From the NCBI GenBank assembly GCA_021741155.1, contig JAIOYP010000002.1, forward strand, positions 113,557-177,556: DNA of 64,000 nt, in the 5' to 3' direction. The notes beneath the pieces were generated by a model that saw nothing but the letters and a program-made list of their open reading frames with translations, was not told where the DNA came from and did no database searches. Position 1 is the stretch's first letter. Each line of letters starts with the position of its first letter. This document shows, piece after piece, positions 30,115-39,579 of this stretch. Source of the DNA: Flavobacteriales bacterium (GTDB lineage: Bacteria; Bacteroidota; Bacteroidia; UBA10329). The translations under genes and the position numbers were made by a program.

Positions 30115-30147
30115 TAAGCCCGCCACGCAGATTGCGTGGCGGGCTTA
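30115..30147. terminator. Second GC-rich hairpin / terminator
   Basis: taagcccgccacgca-gat-tgcgtggcgggctta, a perfect 15-bp stem followed by ttttt. Confidence 0.75.
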
Positions 30148-30157
30148 TTTTTATCCA

Positions 30158-30592
30158 ATGAAATCACTTCTACCATTATTGGCCAGCCTATTTCTTGCGG
30201 CTTGCCACTCCCCTAGCCAACCAGACATGAAAGCCGAAGAAAAAATTAGGACCGTGCTAGCCGAACAACAGGAATGTTGGAATAAAGGCGACATCGACTG
30301 TTTCATGCAAGGTTACTGGAATTCCGATTCGCTCCGTTTCATCGGGAAATCTGGAGTAAACTACGGTTGGCAGGCCACGTTGGATAGCTACAAGAAATCG
30401 TATCCAGACAAAGCTGCGATGGGCAAATTAGAATTTGACATTCTGAACGTAGAATTAGTAGGAACTGAAAATTGCCTTGTCACAGGAAAGTGGAAGCTCA
30501 TTCGCGAAGCAGACGAACCGAACGGCCTTTTTACCTTAATCTGGAAACGTTTTGGCGATGAGTGGAAGATTATTTACGATCATTCGAGTTGA
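30158..30592 (+). CDS. NTF2-like (DUF4440/YybH) lipoprotein
   Basis: Lipobox LAAC; WNKGDIDCFMQGYWNSDSL and WKIIYDHSS. Confidence 0.85.
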   Translation: MKSLLPLLASLFLAACHSPSQPDMKAEEKIRTVLAEQQECWNKGDIDCFMQGYWNSDSLRFIGKSGVNYGWQATLDSYKKSYPDKAAMGKLEFDILNVELVGTENCLVTGKWKLIREADEPNGLFTLIWKRFGDEWKIIYDHSS

Positions 30593-30600
30593 TTTTGATT

Positions 30601-30628
30601 GTAAGGGCGTATTGCCATACGCCCCTAC
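30601..30628. repeat. GTAG-family REP palindrome
   Basis: Minus strand GTAGGGGCGTATGGCAATACGCCCTTAC. Confidence 0.75.
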
Positions 30629-30752
30629 TGTGAACCCTTTTCAAAGTCTATTGTTAAATCAATGTTCAAACATTAGTTTTATAGTATGAAATGAGGAAGG
30701 CATTGTTTGCCTTGCGAATTCCATCTCACCGAAAAGAGAAATACATTTAGAG

Positions 30753-31628
30753 ATGAAACGTTCAATTCACAAAATCATTCCCGCCCAAAAGGTAAATATG
30801 GGCGGAATCATCTTGGATCAATCGCTGCCAGTAAATGGCGTTGAGCAGATAGATCCATTCTTATTGCTACACCATTGGGCAAGCAAATTGCCTGGTGGCG
30901 AAAGCGAAAAAGACCTTGGCGTTGGGCCGCATCCACACCGCGGTTTCTCGCCTGTTACACTCATCTTCAAGGGCGCGGTGCATCACCGCGATTCGTTGGG
31001 AACCAAAAGCATTATTGAAGCTGGTGGCGCACAATGGATGAACAGCGGAAGAGGCATCGTTCACAGCGAGCGGCCACCAAAAGAATTGGCGGAAGCTGGT
31101 GGCGATTTTGAGCTCATCCAGTTTTGGGCAAACACTCCTGCCAATCGCAAGTTGGAGCCTGCCAAATATCAACCGTTAACGGCTGAGAAAACGCCTTCAA
31201 TTACTTCCGAAGATGGAAAAGTGAAAGCGGGTGTTGTGGCTGGAGAAACCCTCGGCAAAACAGGTCCAATCGAACTGATGACTCCGATGCTTATTATGCG
31301 TTTTGAGATTGGCTTAGGTGGCAAAATGGATGTTCCAATTCCGAAGAATTTCAATGCGGTGCTTTACCTCCTAGATGGAAAGGCGGAAATAAACGGAGAA
31401 CGCCACGCGGGAGGAAAAGACCTCGTTTGGTTCAAAAATGATGGGGAAAGCATTTCGTTCGAAGGGCTGGAGGAAACTCGCGCCATTCTGTTGGCTGGCG
31501 AACCAATAAACGAACCGTTGGCAACCTATGGCCCGTTTGTGATGAACAATCAGACCCAAATAATGGAAGCGCTACGCGATTATCAGATGGGCAAAATGGG
31601 CGTTTTGATTGAAGAGTTTGATTCTTGA
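30753..31628 (+). CDS. Pirin-family protein
   Basis: DPFLLLH, PHPHRGF, HRDSLG, GIVHSE and YGPFVMN motifs. Confidence 0.95.
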   Translation: MKRSIHKIIPAQKVNMGGIILDQSLPVNGVEQIDPFLLLHHWASKLPGGESEKDLGVGPHPHRGFSPVTLIFKGAVHHRDSLGTKSIIEAGGAQWMNSGRGIVHSERPPKELAEAGGDFELIQFWANTPANRKLEPAKYQPLTAEKTPSITSEDGKVKAGVVAGETLGKTGPIELMTPMLIMRFEIGLGGKMDVPIPKNFNAVLYLLDGKAEINGERHAGGKDLVWFKNDGESISFEGLEETRAILLAGEPINEPLATYGPFVMNNQTQIMEALRDYQMGKMGVLIEEFDS

Positions 31629-32017
31629 ATCGGAAAGCATTCATACAGAAAATTGGCTTCTTGGGAGTTGGGCTTGGCCTAACTCCATGGAAGTTGCTTT
31701 CTGCAAAACCTGCCACTCAAACATTTACGCTTCCCAAAACTGCCATTCACATTCCGCATGGAAATTTTTCGGCAACAGAAGTGGAGAAGCTGATGATTCC
31801 CGAATTCAATCTACAGTGCACCGTGCAGCAGTTTATGCACAACGGTATTTCTACCAGTGACAATGACTTGAAGGTGTTCCTTTTCCAAAGGGAACAAGAA
31901 TGGGCCAATATTGCCATTACCCGAAACGGACAGACTTTTAGTGACGGAAAAATCTCAGACCTGAATGTAATCGTAGATTCTTTCGACAGCTTAGTAGTCA
32001 CCATAAGCAAACAGTAA
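31625..32017 (+). CDS. Hypothetical protein with Tat-like signal
   Basis: N-terminal NRKAFI plus a hydrophobic stretch; TTG start overlaps the pirin stop. Confidence 0.55.
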   Translation: MNRKAFIQKIGFLGVGLGLTPWKLLSAKPATQTFTLPKTAIHIPHGNFSATEVEKLMIPEFNLQCTVQQFMHNGISTSDNDLKVFLFQREQEWANIAITRNGQTFSDGKISDLNVIVDSFDSLVVTISKQ

Positions 32018-32078
32018 TCTCATTCGCCTAAGAAGCTGTTCATTGAGGAAAAGCTACTTTTAGTTCAAACTTGAACCC

Positions 32079-33125
32079 ATGCTTTCCCCTAAAAAACTCC
32101 TCCTTCTTTTCCTGTTCGTTCTTGTAGGCTTCGTGCTCTATACCTTCATCTCTACAGGTTTTTTTCGCACAGTAGAAAATCGTTTTGAGGGAGAAACCGT
32201 GCTGGAAATCCCGATAAAAGGCGCAGAAGACATCACCATCAGTGCAACAGACAGTTTTGCCATTGTGTCGGCAACGGCTAGGTTAACTTTTCCACCCACA
32301 GAGCAAGAGAAAGGCGGCTTGTATTACATGGAATTGAAGAGTGGTAATCTTGTACTTACCCATTTAACACCCAACTTCGAAAGACCGTTTGCGCCTCACG
32401 GTATTTCTATGTTTAAGCGCGATAGCGTTTACACCATTGCCGCCATTAATCACACGCTTGATGGGCATTCCATCGAGGTTTTCACGCTCGTTGGGAAGGA
32501 ACTGACCCACATTCGAACTGAGAAAACCACCAAGCTTACAAGTCCCAACGACATTGTGCTGCTCGATGAAAATCGTTTCTACGTGACCAATGACCATAAG
32601 TATGAAAAAGGTTTTGGTCGATTGATGGAAGACTACGGAAATCTGGCTGTTTCAAACGTGCTTTATTTTGACGGACAGCAATTCTCTGAAGCTGCCGAGG
32701 GCATTTCGTTTGCCAATGGCATCAACATAGACAACCAACGAAACTTGGTTTTTGTGGCTTCGCCCAGAAGGTTTCTCATCAAGGTTTATTCAAAAAATGA
32801 TGACAATTCGCTCACATTCGTGGAAGACATTCCGTGCGGAACGGGCGTAGATAATATTGAGTTTGATGCGGAAGGAAATTTGTGGGTTGGCTGCCATCCA
32901 AATCTCCTTCGATTTACAGCCTACGCTAAAGGCAAGAAGGAAACTTCGCCTTCAGAAGTGTTGAAGATTGCATACCGCGCCACAGGCGATTATTCCGTAG
33001 AAAGCATCTATTCTAATGATGGAACGCAGGTATCGGCCACTTCAGTTGCTGCACCATTCGGCAACTTGCTTCTAGTTGGTACGGTGAAGGATGATAAAAT
33101 GCTGGTTCTTCAAGCTTCAGAATAA
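32079..33125 (+). CDS. Paraoxonase/arylesterase-like six-bladed beta-propeller lactonase
   Basis: GAEDI, FAPHGIS, SPNDIV, FYVTNDH, FANGINI, GVDNI and WVGCHPN, the PON-type Ca-binding/catalytic motifs. Confidence 0.88.
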   Translation: MLSPKKLLLLFLFVLVGFVLYTFISTGFFRTVENRFEGETVLEIPIKGAEDITISATDSFAIVSATARLTFPPTEQEKGGLYYMELKSGNLVLTHLTPNFERPFAPHGISMFKRDSVYTIAAINHTLDGHSIEVFTLVGKELTHIRTEKTTKLTSPNDIVLLDENRFYVTNDHKYEKGFGRLMEDYGNLAVSNVLYFDGQQFSEAAEGISFANGINIDNQRNLVFVASPRRFLIKVYSKNDDNSLTFVEDIPCGTGVDNIEFDAEGNLWVGCHPNLLRFTAYAKGKKETSPSEVLKIAYRATGDYSVESIYSNDGTQVSATSVAAPFGNLLLVGTVKDDKMLVLQASE

Positions 33126-33131
33126 AACTGA

Positions 33132-33710
33132 ATGAAGTCAAACCTCATCAAACTGCTTCCTTTTGCATTGCTTGGCGCCATGGTGGCTACCATCTGCGAT
33201 GCCAACCATGTTTTTACCGAGGCCTTGAGCTATCCGAATCCATTCTTATTTGGGCAAGCAGCGTTTGTATTTCCGGGTTTCGTCATCGCCTTTCTATTTA
33301 TGGGGCTCAATTATCTATTTGCCCCTTCCTTCTTCCCAAAAGCAGCAAAAAACGTAGAAAGCACGAGTGCGGGCAGCTTTGATGCGTTCGTAGAAAACCT
33401 CCTGTTCTTCATGATGGTTTATCTCCTAAGTGGCTTTGGAAACCACGAACCCGAACTCTTATCCATCATCTTTTACGGAAGTTTTTTGATTCGTCTTGCT
33501 TTCACTTACGAACGAATGTTCATTCTGCTTTTCGCAATTATCCTCGGCATTGGCGGCATGGTAGTGGAAGGCGCCATGACCCAATTTGACCTCGTTCATT
33601 ACCGCCAACCTGAGATTTTCGGAGTTCCGTATTGGCTTGGAGGCGTTTACATGCACGGGGCACTGGCACTGAGAGAAGGCATGCGTTACTTCGTTTACAA
33701 AAACAAATAA
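33132..33710 (+). CDS. INSIG/DUF2878-like polytopic membrane protein
   Basis: Two-fold internal repeat GAMVATICDANHV...LSY / GGMVVEGAM...VHY...GVPYWL. Confidence 0.55.
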   Translation: MKSNLIKLLPFALLGAMVATICDANHVFTEALSYPNPFLFGQAAFVFPGFVIAFLFMGLNYLFAPSFFPKAAKNVESTSAGSFDAFVENLLFFMMVYLLSGFGNHEPELLSIIFYGSFLIRLAFTYERMFILLFAIILGIGGMVVEGAMTQFDLVHYRQPEIFGVPYWLGGVYMHGALALREGMRYFVYKNK

Positions 33711-34063
33711 TGAAAGATATCAGTATGTACATCATGGTCGCGTTTTACATTTTCGCTGGCTACAATCACTTCAAAAACCCGAAGTTTTACCTTCACATGA
33801 TGCCGCCATTTCTTCCGTTGCATAAAGCACTCAACTACCTGAGCGGAGCAATCGAAATATTCCTTGGTTTGCTTCTTCTTTGTCCAGAATATTCAACCTT
33901 GGCTGCGTGGGGAATCATCGCTTTGCTGATTGCTGTGTTTCCTGCCAATATTTACCACCTCACTTCCGCTAAACCCGGAGGTAAATTTCCTATTTGGGGA
34001 TTATGGTTGAGGCTGCCGTTTCAAGCGGTGTTTATTCTTTGGGCGTGGTGGCATACGTTCTGA
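33710..34063 (+). CDS. DoxX/MauE-like membrane protein
   Basis: AGYNHF, MMPPFLP, SGAIEI, AVFPANI and LRLPFQ motifs; ATG overlaps the previous stop. Confidence 0.85.
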   Translation: MKDISMYIMVAFYIFAGYNHFKNPKFYLHMMPPFLPLHKALNYLSGAIEIFLGLLLLCPEYSTLAAWGIIALLIAVFPANIYHLTSAKPGGKFPIWGLWLRLPFQAVFILWAWWHTF

Positions 34064-34066
34064 GAA

Positions 34067-35344
34067 TCAGAATGAACCTTTCTTTTCCAGCACATATTCC
34101 CACATCTGCAAGAATTTTTCTGAGGAACGTTTAATCGGTTCGAGGTCAACTCCCTCCTTCTCCAACAAGCGCCAATGCGATTCTAACAATCCGGGATGCG
34201 CCAAGCCTTGCAGTTCGATGGCTTCATAAATGCTATCAGGGTTTATCGGATAGCAACCTTCTTCGCCATAACGTGGTCGGTGATGGTTGAGCCAACCATT
34301 AAAATCCGTCTGAAATCCGATGGAAAGGTTTGCTACTTGGTCGGCAGGAAGTTCCTTCTCTAAAAACTTCTTCACCTCCTCGTATGTGAACTTGTAACTA
34401 TCAATGGAGCCTTCGCAATGATTTTCGAGCGCATCTAGCTTAGCCTGATAATCCGCCCTCGATTTATAAGGTTGGCAGCTCTCACCACTAATCGGAAGCG
34501 AGATGAAACCGTCATTGGCGTATACTTTCAGCACGTCTTCTTCATCCATTCCTCGTGGTTGGTTCTGAATGGGCTTGAACATATCGTGCGTCACCAACGG
34601 TGGAATGTGCTTTTCTTCCATCAGCGTCAGCGCATCCTTTCGGGTGTTGTCGCTCATGTGCGTGATGTCGGTCATGATGCCTGCATTGGCTAGGTACAAA
34701 ATGGCGTTCTTGCCTTTTTCGGTCAGACGTCTGTTCTTTTCCTTTTTAAAAAGACTTCCGAAATTGAGAATCTTGAGCGCAAACACAGGCTGATTGGCAG
34801 CCGCGCCATACTTACTATCTACCAAATGAACCAAGGTGATGAACGCCACGCCTTGCTCCGCCCAAAAGTTGGCGTCTTCCTGTGAGTTCACCAATCGCTT
34901 TCCTCCTTCAATAGAATGGATGATGATGGTTTTGTCTGTCGTATGAACTAAATCGCGTGCTTCCTGAGGAGTTCTCGCAACCGCGAAATCCTCCGAATTA
35001 GCCGCTACAAAATCGTTCACAAACTTTATCTGCTTCATAATCACCTTCCGACCACGTTTGGCCGAGGCAATATTCTCCTGTGTCAATGCTCCTACACAGA
35101 GGATTCGTGCACCTTTGTTCTTTCGCAGATAGTTAGCGTAATTGACATTGGTGAACTGATGTTTCCAACTCAGATCAGGCGGAGTCGATTCATCAAACGT
35201 CTCCAATCCTTCGCCAAAGAAAGAATACGGAACGTGCATGCACGGATGAATCTGTAGGTCGATGTATTCGTGAACTTCTTGCGCTTGCGCAGAAAAAACG
35301 AAAAAGAGGAAAAGGAAAAATGTGAACCAGCGAGTACGAATCAT
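34067..35344 (-). CDS. Exported amidohydrolase-fold protein, membrane dipeptidase (M19)-like
   Basis: Signal peptide; SIEGG, TLVH, LTEKGK, DITHMS, TDFNG and GLAHPGLL. Confidence 0.7.
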   Translation of the reverse strand: MIRTRWFTFFLFLFFVFSAQAQEVHEYIDLQIHPCMHVPYSFFGEGLETFDESTPPDLSWKHQFTNVNYANYLRKNKGARILCVGALTQENIASAKRGRKVIMKQIKFVNDFVAANSEDFAVARTPQEARDLVHTTDKTIIIHSIEGGKRLVNSQEDANFWAEQGVAFITLVHLVDSKYGAAANQPVFALKILNFGSLFKKEKNRRLTEKGKNAILYLANAGIMTDITHMSDNTRKDALTLMEEKHIPPLVTHDMFKPIQNQPRGMDEEDVLKVYANDGFISLPISGESCQPYKSRADYQAKLDALENHCEGSIDSYKFTYEEVKKFLEKELPADQVANLSIGFQTDFNGWLNHHRPRYGEEGCYPINPDSIYEAIELQGLAHPGLLESHWRLLEKEGVDLEPIKRSSEKFLQMWEYVLEKKGSF

Positions 35345-36882
35345 CCCGCCCAGTTCTGACGGTCGAGACTGCGGTATTGGATGGCTTCCGCTAAATGATT
35401 CGGTTGGATGTTCTCAGAGCCTTCCAAGTCCGCTATTGTTCTCGAAACTTTCAAGATTCTATCAAATGCACGGGCTGAAAGTCCCAATCGGTCTGTCGCT
35501 TTTTTGAGCATGCTCTTTCCCGCCTCATCAATCTTGCAAACCTCTTTCAGGAGCTTTGTTCCCATCATGGCATTGCAATGGACATCATTTTTTTCCTTGA
35601 AACGTTCTATCTGAATTTCGCGTGCCGCGATAACGCGCTTCCGAACCTCCTCGCTCTTCTCGGCAGGAGAGAAATCTGTCAGTTCGTTGATGGGAACAGG
35701 AGTGACTTCTATATGAATGTCGATGCGGTCGAGCAACGGGCCTGATATCTTGTTCAGATATTTCTGCACCACGCCTGGGGCGCACACGCAATCTTTTTCT
35801 GGATGGTTGTAAAACCCGCACGGACAGGGATTCATGCTCGAAACAAGCATAAAGCTTGAAGGATATTCAACAGACATCCGCGCACGGGAAATGGTAACCA
35901 TCCGATCTTCCAGCGGCTGCCGCATGACTTCCAATACGGTTCGTTGGAATTCTGGCAATTCATCCAAGAAGAGAACGCCATTGTGAGCAAGGGAAATTTC
36001 CCCCGGTTGAGGTATTTGTCCGCCACCGACAAGGGCGACATTTGATATTGTGTGATGCGGTGCCCGAAACGGCCGCATGGTCATTAAAGAAGTTTCTGAA
36101 CCGAGGTTTCCAGCCACGGAATGAATCTTGGTGGTTTCCAATGCTTCTTTCAGCGAAAGCGGTGGAAGTATGGACGGCAAGCGTTTGGCAAGCATCGTCT
36201 TTCCTGCTCCGGGCGGACCGATCAGCAAGAGGTTATGTCCGCCAGCCGCAGCAATTTCCATGGCGCGCTTGATGTTCTCCTGACCTTTAACATCCGAAAA
36301 GTCAAGGTCTATATTGCTCTGATTCTTGTAAAATTCCTCACGTGTATTGACAATGGTTTTCTCCAACTCCAGCTTTCCATCAAAAAAGCCAATCATCTCC
36401 TTGATGTTTTCAATTCCGTACACATCTAATCCATCGACAATAGCGGCTTCTCGTGCGTTTTTCTTCGGAAGAATAAACCCTTTGAATCCTTCTTCCCGTG
36501 CTTTGATGGCAATTGGAAGCACACCCTTTATCGGTTGCAAGCCACCATCGAGCGAAAGCTCGCCCATGATGATGTACTCCGAAATAGCTTCTGATTTTAT
36601 CTGCTCTGAAGCAGCCAGAATTCCTGCGGCAATGGTCAGGTCGTACGCAGAACCTTCCTTGCGCAAATCTGCCGGAGCCATGTTAATGGTGATTGTTTTG
36701 CCTGGAGTGTGATAACCCACGTTCTTCAGCGCGGCACGAATCCGTAACTGGCTTTCTTTGACGGCATTGTCGGGCAGACCGACCATGAAGAAATTCACTC
36801 CCTGACCAGCAATATTGGTCTCTACGGTGATGAGGTGGGCATCAACGCCATATACTGCGCTACCGTAGGTTTTTACAAGCAT
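35341..36882 (-). CDS. comM: YifB/ComM Mg-chelatase-like AAA+ ATPase
   Basis: MVGLPD, GPPGAGKT, PFRAPHH, PGEISLAHNGVLFLDELPEF and NPCPCG motifs. Confidence 0.93.
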   Translation of the reverse strand: MLVKTYGSAVYGVDAHLITVETNIAGQGVNFFMVGLPDNAVKESQLRIRAALKNVGYHTPGKTITINMAPADLRKEGSAYDLTIAAGILAASEQIKSEAISEYIIMGELSLDGGLQPIKGVLPIAIKAREEGFKGFILPKKNAREAAIVDGLDVYGIENIKEMIGFFDGKLELEKTIVNTREEFYKNQSNIDLDFSDVKGQENIKRAMEIAAAGGHNLLLIGPPGAGKTMLAKRLPSILPPLSLKEALETTKIHSVAGNLGSETSLMTMRPFRAPHHTISNVALVGGGQIPQPGEISLAHNGVLFLDELPEFQRTVLEVMRQPLEDRMVTISRARMSVEYPSSFMLVSSMNPCPCGFYNHPEKDCVCAPGVVQKYLNKISGPLLDRIDIHIEVTPVPINELTDFSPAEKSEEVRKRVIAAREIQIERFKEKNDVHCNAMMGTKLLKEVCKIDEAGKSMLKKATDRLGLSARAFDRILKVSRTIADLEGSENIQPNHLAEAIQYRSLDRQNWAG

Positions 36883-36887
36883 GAGTT

Positions 36888-37460
36888 CTATACTTCCTGT
36901 TCAATCAACATCACGAGGATGTGAATGACCTTGATGTGAATTTCTTGAATTCTGTCTGAATACGCTGAATGTGGCGCACGAATTTCCACATCGCAGAGTT
37001 TGGCTAATTCGCCTCCATCCTTCCCTGTGAGTGCTATTACATGCATTCCCTTCTCTTTGGCTGCACGGGCCGCATTCAACACATTTTCTGAATTTCCTGA
37101 TGTGCTGATGGCCAAAAGCGCATCGCCTTTTGCTCCAAACGCGTCTACAAACCGTGAGAAAATCTGGTCATACCCATAGTCATTTGCCGTGCACGTAATG
37201 TGTCCAGAATCGGAAATGGCCATGGCCGCAATCGGCTTGCGTTCATCGCGGAATCGTCCGCTCAATTCTTCTGCAAAGTGCATGGCATCGCTCATGGAAC
37301 CACCATTTCCGCAGGAATAAATCTTTCCGCCCAACTTAACTGAATTGACCAGTAGACTTGCCGCCTTCCTGATTGCCTGAAGGTTGGAAGCATCGTTCAT
37401 GAATGTTTCCAAGACCTTGGCGGCCTCCTGCAATTCCCTATCTATCTTGTCTATGGACAT
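36888..37460 (-). CDS. gmhA: Phosphoheptose isomerase
   Basis: [29 protein letters not shown] and RIQEIH motifs; start MSIDKID at 37460. Confidence 0.96.
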   Translation of the reverse strand: MSIDKIDRELQEAAKVLETFMNDASNLQAIRKAASLLVNSVKLGGKIYSCGNGGSMSDAMHFAEELSGRFRDERKPIAAMAISDSGHITCTANDYGYDQIFSRFVDAFGAKGDALLAISTSGNSENVLNAARAAKEKGMHVIALTGKDGGELAKLCDVEIRAPHSAYSDRIQEIHIKVIHILVMLIEQEV

Positions 37461-37557
37461 GGCGTTGAAAGTAAGAAATCCTTGGTCTGGTTCTTTAAAG
37501 GATGTTGTTTTGCTGGCAACGGAATCGTATCCTCCAAATGAGGAAAAACATACTTTC

Positions 37558-37636
37558 AGCCACAGATGCACAGATTCTCACAGATTTTTCACGGATAATC
37601 GGTGTTCTTTCTGTGGAAATCTGTGCATCTGTGGCT
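37558..37636. repeat. CACAGAT-unit palindromic element (MITE-like)
   Basis: agccacagatgcacagatt...aatctgtgcatctgtggct, a 19-bp perfect inverted repeat built from tandem cacagat units. Confidence 0.8.
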
Positions 37637-37701
37637 ATTTCATGTCAATCTAATTAAGCTCGATGCGTGGCATTTGTAACCAGAAAGTTGACGACTTTGT
37701 C

Positions 37702-39456
37702 TCACAACTGAATCAACCGCCTCTGTGTTTTGATATCAAACGATCTTAGCTCCAGTTCCTCCTCAGTAAATACCGTAGGGCTACCATCTTCCACCACGCT
37801 ACGTTCATTTTCTGGCTTCAGCATTTCCATGGCCAATTGTCTGAATTTGGTTTGAATGGCACCTAAAAAGTGTTGGCCGAAAACGGTGTGGCCTCCTTCG
37901 TACAATTGCAACTGATATTCCTCAAACGTGGTAATATAACCACAATAAGCGTTCGAGTAGGTGGAGCAAATCACTTCGGTCACGCCACGGTCTGCCAATA
38001 TTTCAAGCAGCGTGTCTTCCAGTCGCTTACCAGCAATGGTGGTTATCTCGGCAGGAATTCCTGCCAAGGCCAAATTGCCGAGTATGATAATCTGAATAGG
38101 TAGAATTTGCTGAATCCAAGGTTTATCCCCCAAACTTCCGTTGGCGTGGAAACGCTTAAACTGCCCAATTGCAGGATCTGCCCAGCCGGGAACGACAAGG
38201 TTCTTGATATCGCGCGAGCCAAGAATTCTTCGGTCATCGGCTTCAATCAGAATATCCTTTGGGCCTTGCGTATGATATTTCTCGTAGATACGATCTGCAT
38301 TTTCCTTTGTCTTGAAAGGAGCTGCTGCAAGATCATACGCTTTTTGTGCTCTAATTAACGTGCGGGCAAGTGCACCAACTGCTGATGCCATGCCCGGGCC
38401 TTCCACTGTTCCTTCAAAGAAAGAGACGCCATGGCAGGCAGGGCCCGTACGCGGATCCTCTTGGCCGCAGGCAAATTCCTTATCGACAATAACCTTTCGG
38501 AAGTCAACATAGGTCATCACATGATCAAGCTGAGTTGGCATCTCGCTTTGAGACTTAGCTTGCTTAAACAGCTGGTGCGCATGCTCAAACTGAATCTCGC
38601 CATTGTATTTGGCGCTCTCAAAGTCGTCTTCAAACTTGCCACGGGTCCACTTTTTCTTGCGGTCCCATTTCCAGTTTGGCGTTACATCGCCCGTTTTACG
38701 CTGCGCGAAAATCGAGATAAACTTGTCCTTCTTTCGCTTGCGAACCTTGTCTTCGTGATACTTTGATGCATAGCCTTTATTGTCTGAACAAATACGATGA
38801 TTGTCGTTACTCAAACTGGTGGTATGCACACCAAACCAGTTCCACGAACCAATTGGATTTCCTTCCAAATCATCGAAACGCATCAAAAGCATGTTGCGAT
38901 CCACGGCCTGATTTGCCTCTTCCTTTTTGAGTTTGGTTTTGACCTCTGGATTGGCGTTGTAGGCACTCAACGAACGATTGAAGGCTACTTCTTTGTCTGC
39001 TCCTACCTCCGATTTAGAAATCTTAATGGTGGCTGGGCGGATGCTTTCGGCAGCTTCCACAATTGCCTCTACAATACCATCAACCACTTTCTGATACACT
39101 TCTGGCACAAAGCCCGGAATGGTCATATTGTATAACCCGAAATGCGAATAGCCCCCTGGCGCACTGTGCGTGTGCTGAGCGGTTATCATCACAGAATCTT
39201 CCGTAAACCCGAGATGTTCGTGCTTGCGCTGCAACTTCTTCATCACACCTCGTCTTATGGCAATGGTGATAAAGCATATCTCAGCATTAATTAAGGCCAC
39301 TTTCTTGCCCGTAGTCGTGTCGCGAATGACAACCGCGCGCGCAAATAAATCTGTTTCTACCCCTTTTACGATATTGAAATACATACCGTAACCCATCATT
39401 CCCACACCGAGTTTAAACAAGGTGATGTCGGCCTTTCCAACGCCTATTTCATACAT
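37702..39456 (-). CDS. Neutral/alkaline ceramidase (catalytic domain only)
   Basis: GVGKADIT, GMMGYG, HTHSAPGG, FNRS, FGVHTTS, SDNKG, GDVTPN, PAEITT and YEGGHTVFG motifs. Confidence 0.9.
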   Translation of the reverse strand: MYEIGVGKADITLFKLGVGMMGYGMYFNIVKGVETDLFARAVVIRDTTTGKKVALINAEICFITIAIRRGVMKKLQRKHEHLGFTEDSVMITAQHTHSAPGGYSHFGLYNMTIPGFVPEVYQKVVDGIVEAIVEAAESIRPATIKISKSEVGADKEVAFNRSLSAYNANPEVKTKLKKEEANQAVDRNMLLMRFDDLEGNPIGSWNWFGVHTTSLSNDNHRICSDNKGYASKYHEDKVRKRKKDKFISIFAQRKTGDVTPNWKWDRKKKWTRGKFEDDFESAKYNGEIQFEHAHQLFKQAKSQSEMPTQLDHVMTYVDFRKVIVDKEFACGQEDPRTGPACHGVSFFEGTVEGPGMASAVGALARTLIRAQKAYDLAAAPFKTKENADRIYEKYHTQGPKDILIEADDRRILGSRDIKNLVVPGWADPAIGQFKRFHANGSLGDKPWIQQILPIQIIILGNLALAGIPAEITTIAGKRLEDTLLEILADRGVTEVICSTYSNAYCGYITTFEEYQLQLYEGGHTVFGQHFLGAIQTKFRQLAMEMLKPENERSVVEDGSPTVFTEEELELRSFDIKTQRRLIQL

Positions 39457-39579
39457 GATACCTATGCTGTTTTGTAAGATTTACCGCCTGAAGCAGTGTC
39501 TGCTAAAGTTAGATACAATGCATGCATCTATTTAGTCTGAAACGATATTTTTTGCTCTTTTGACAATAAGCAGAAACAA

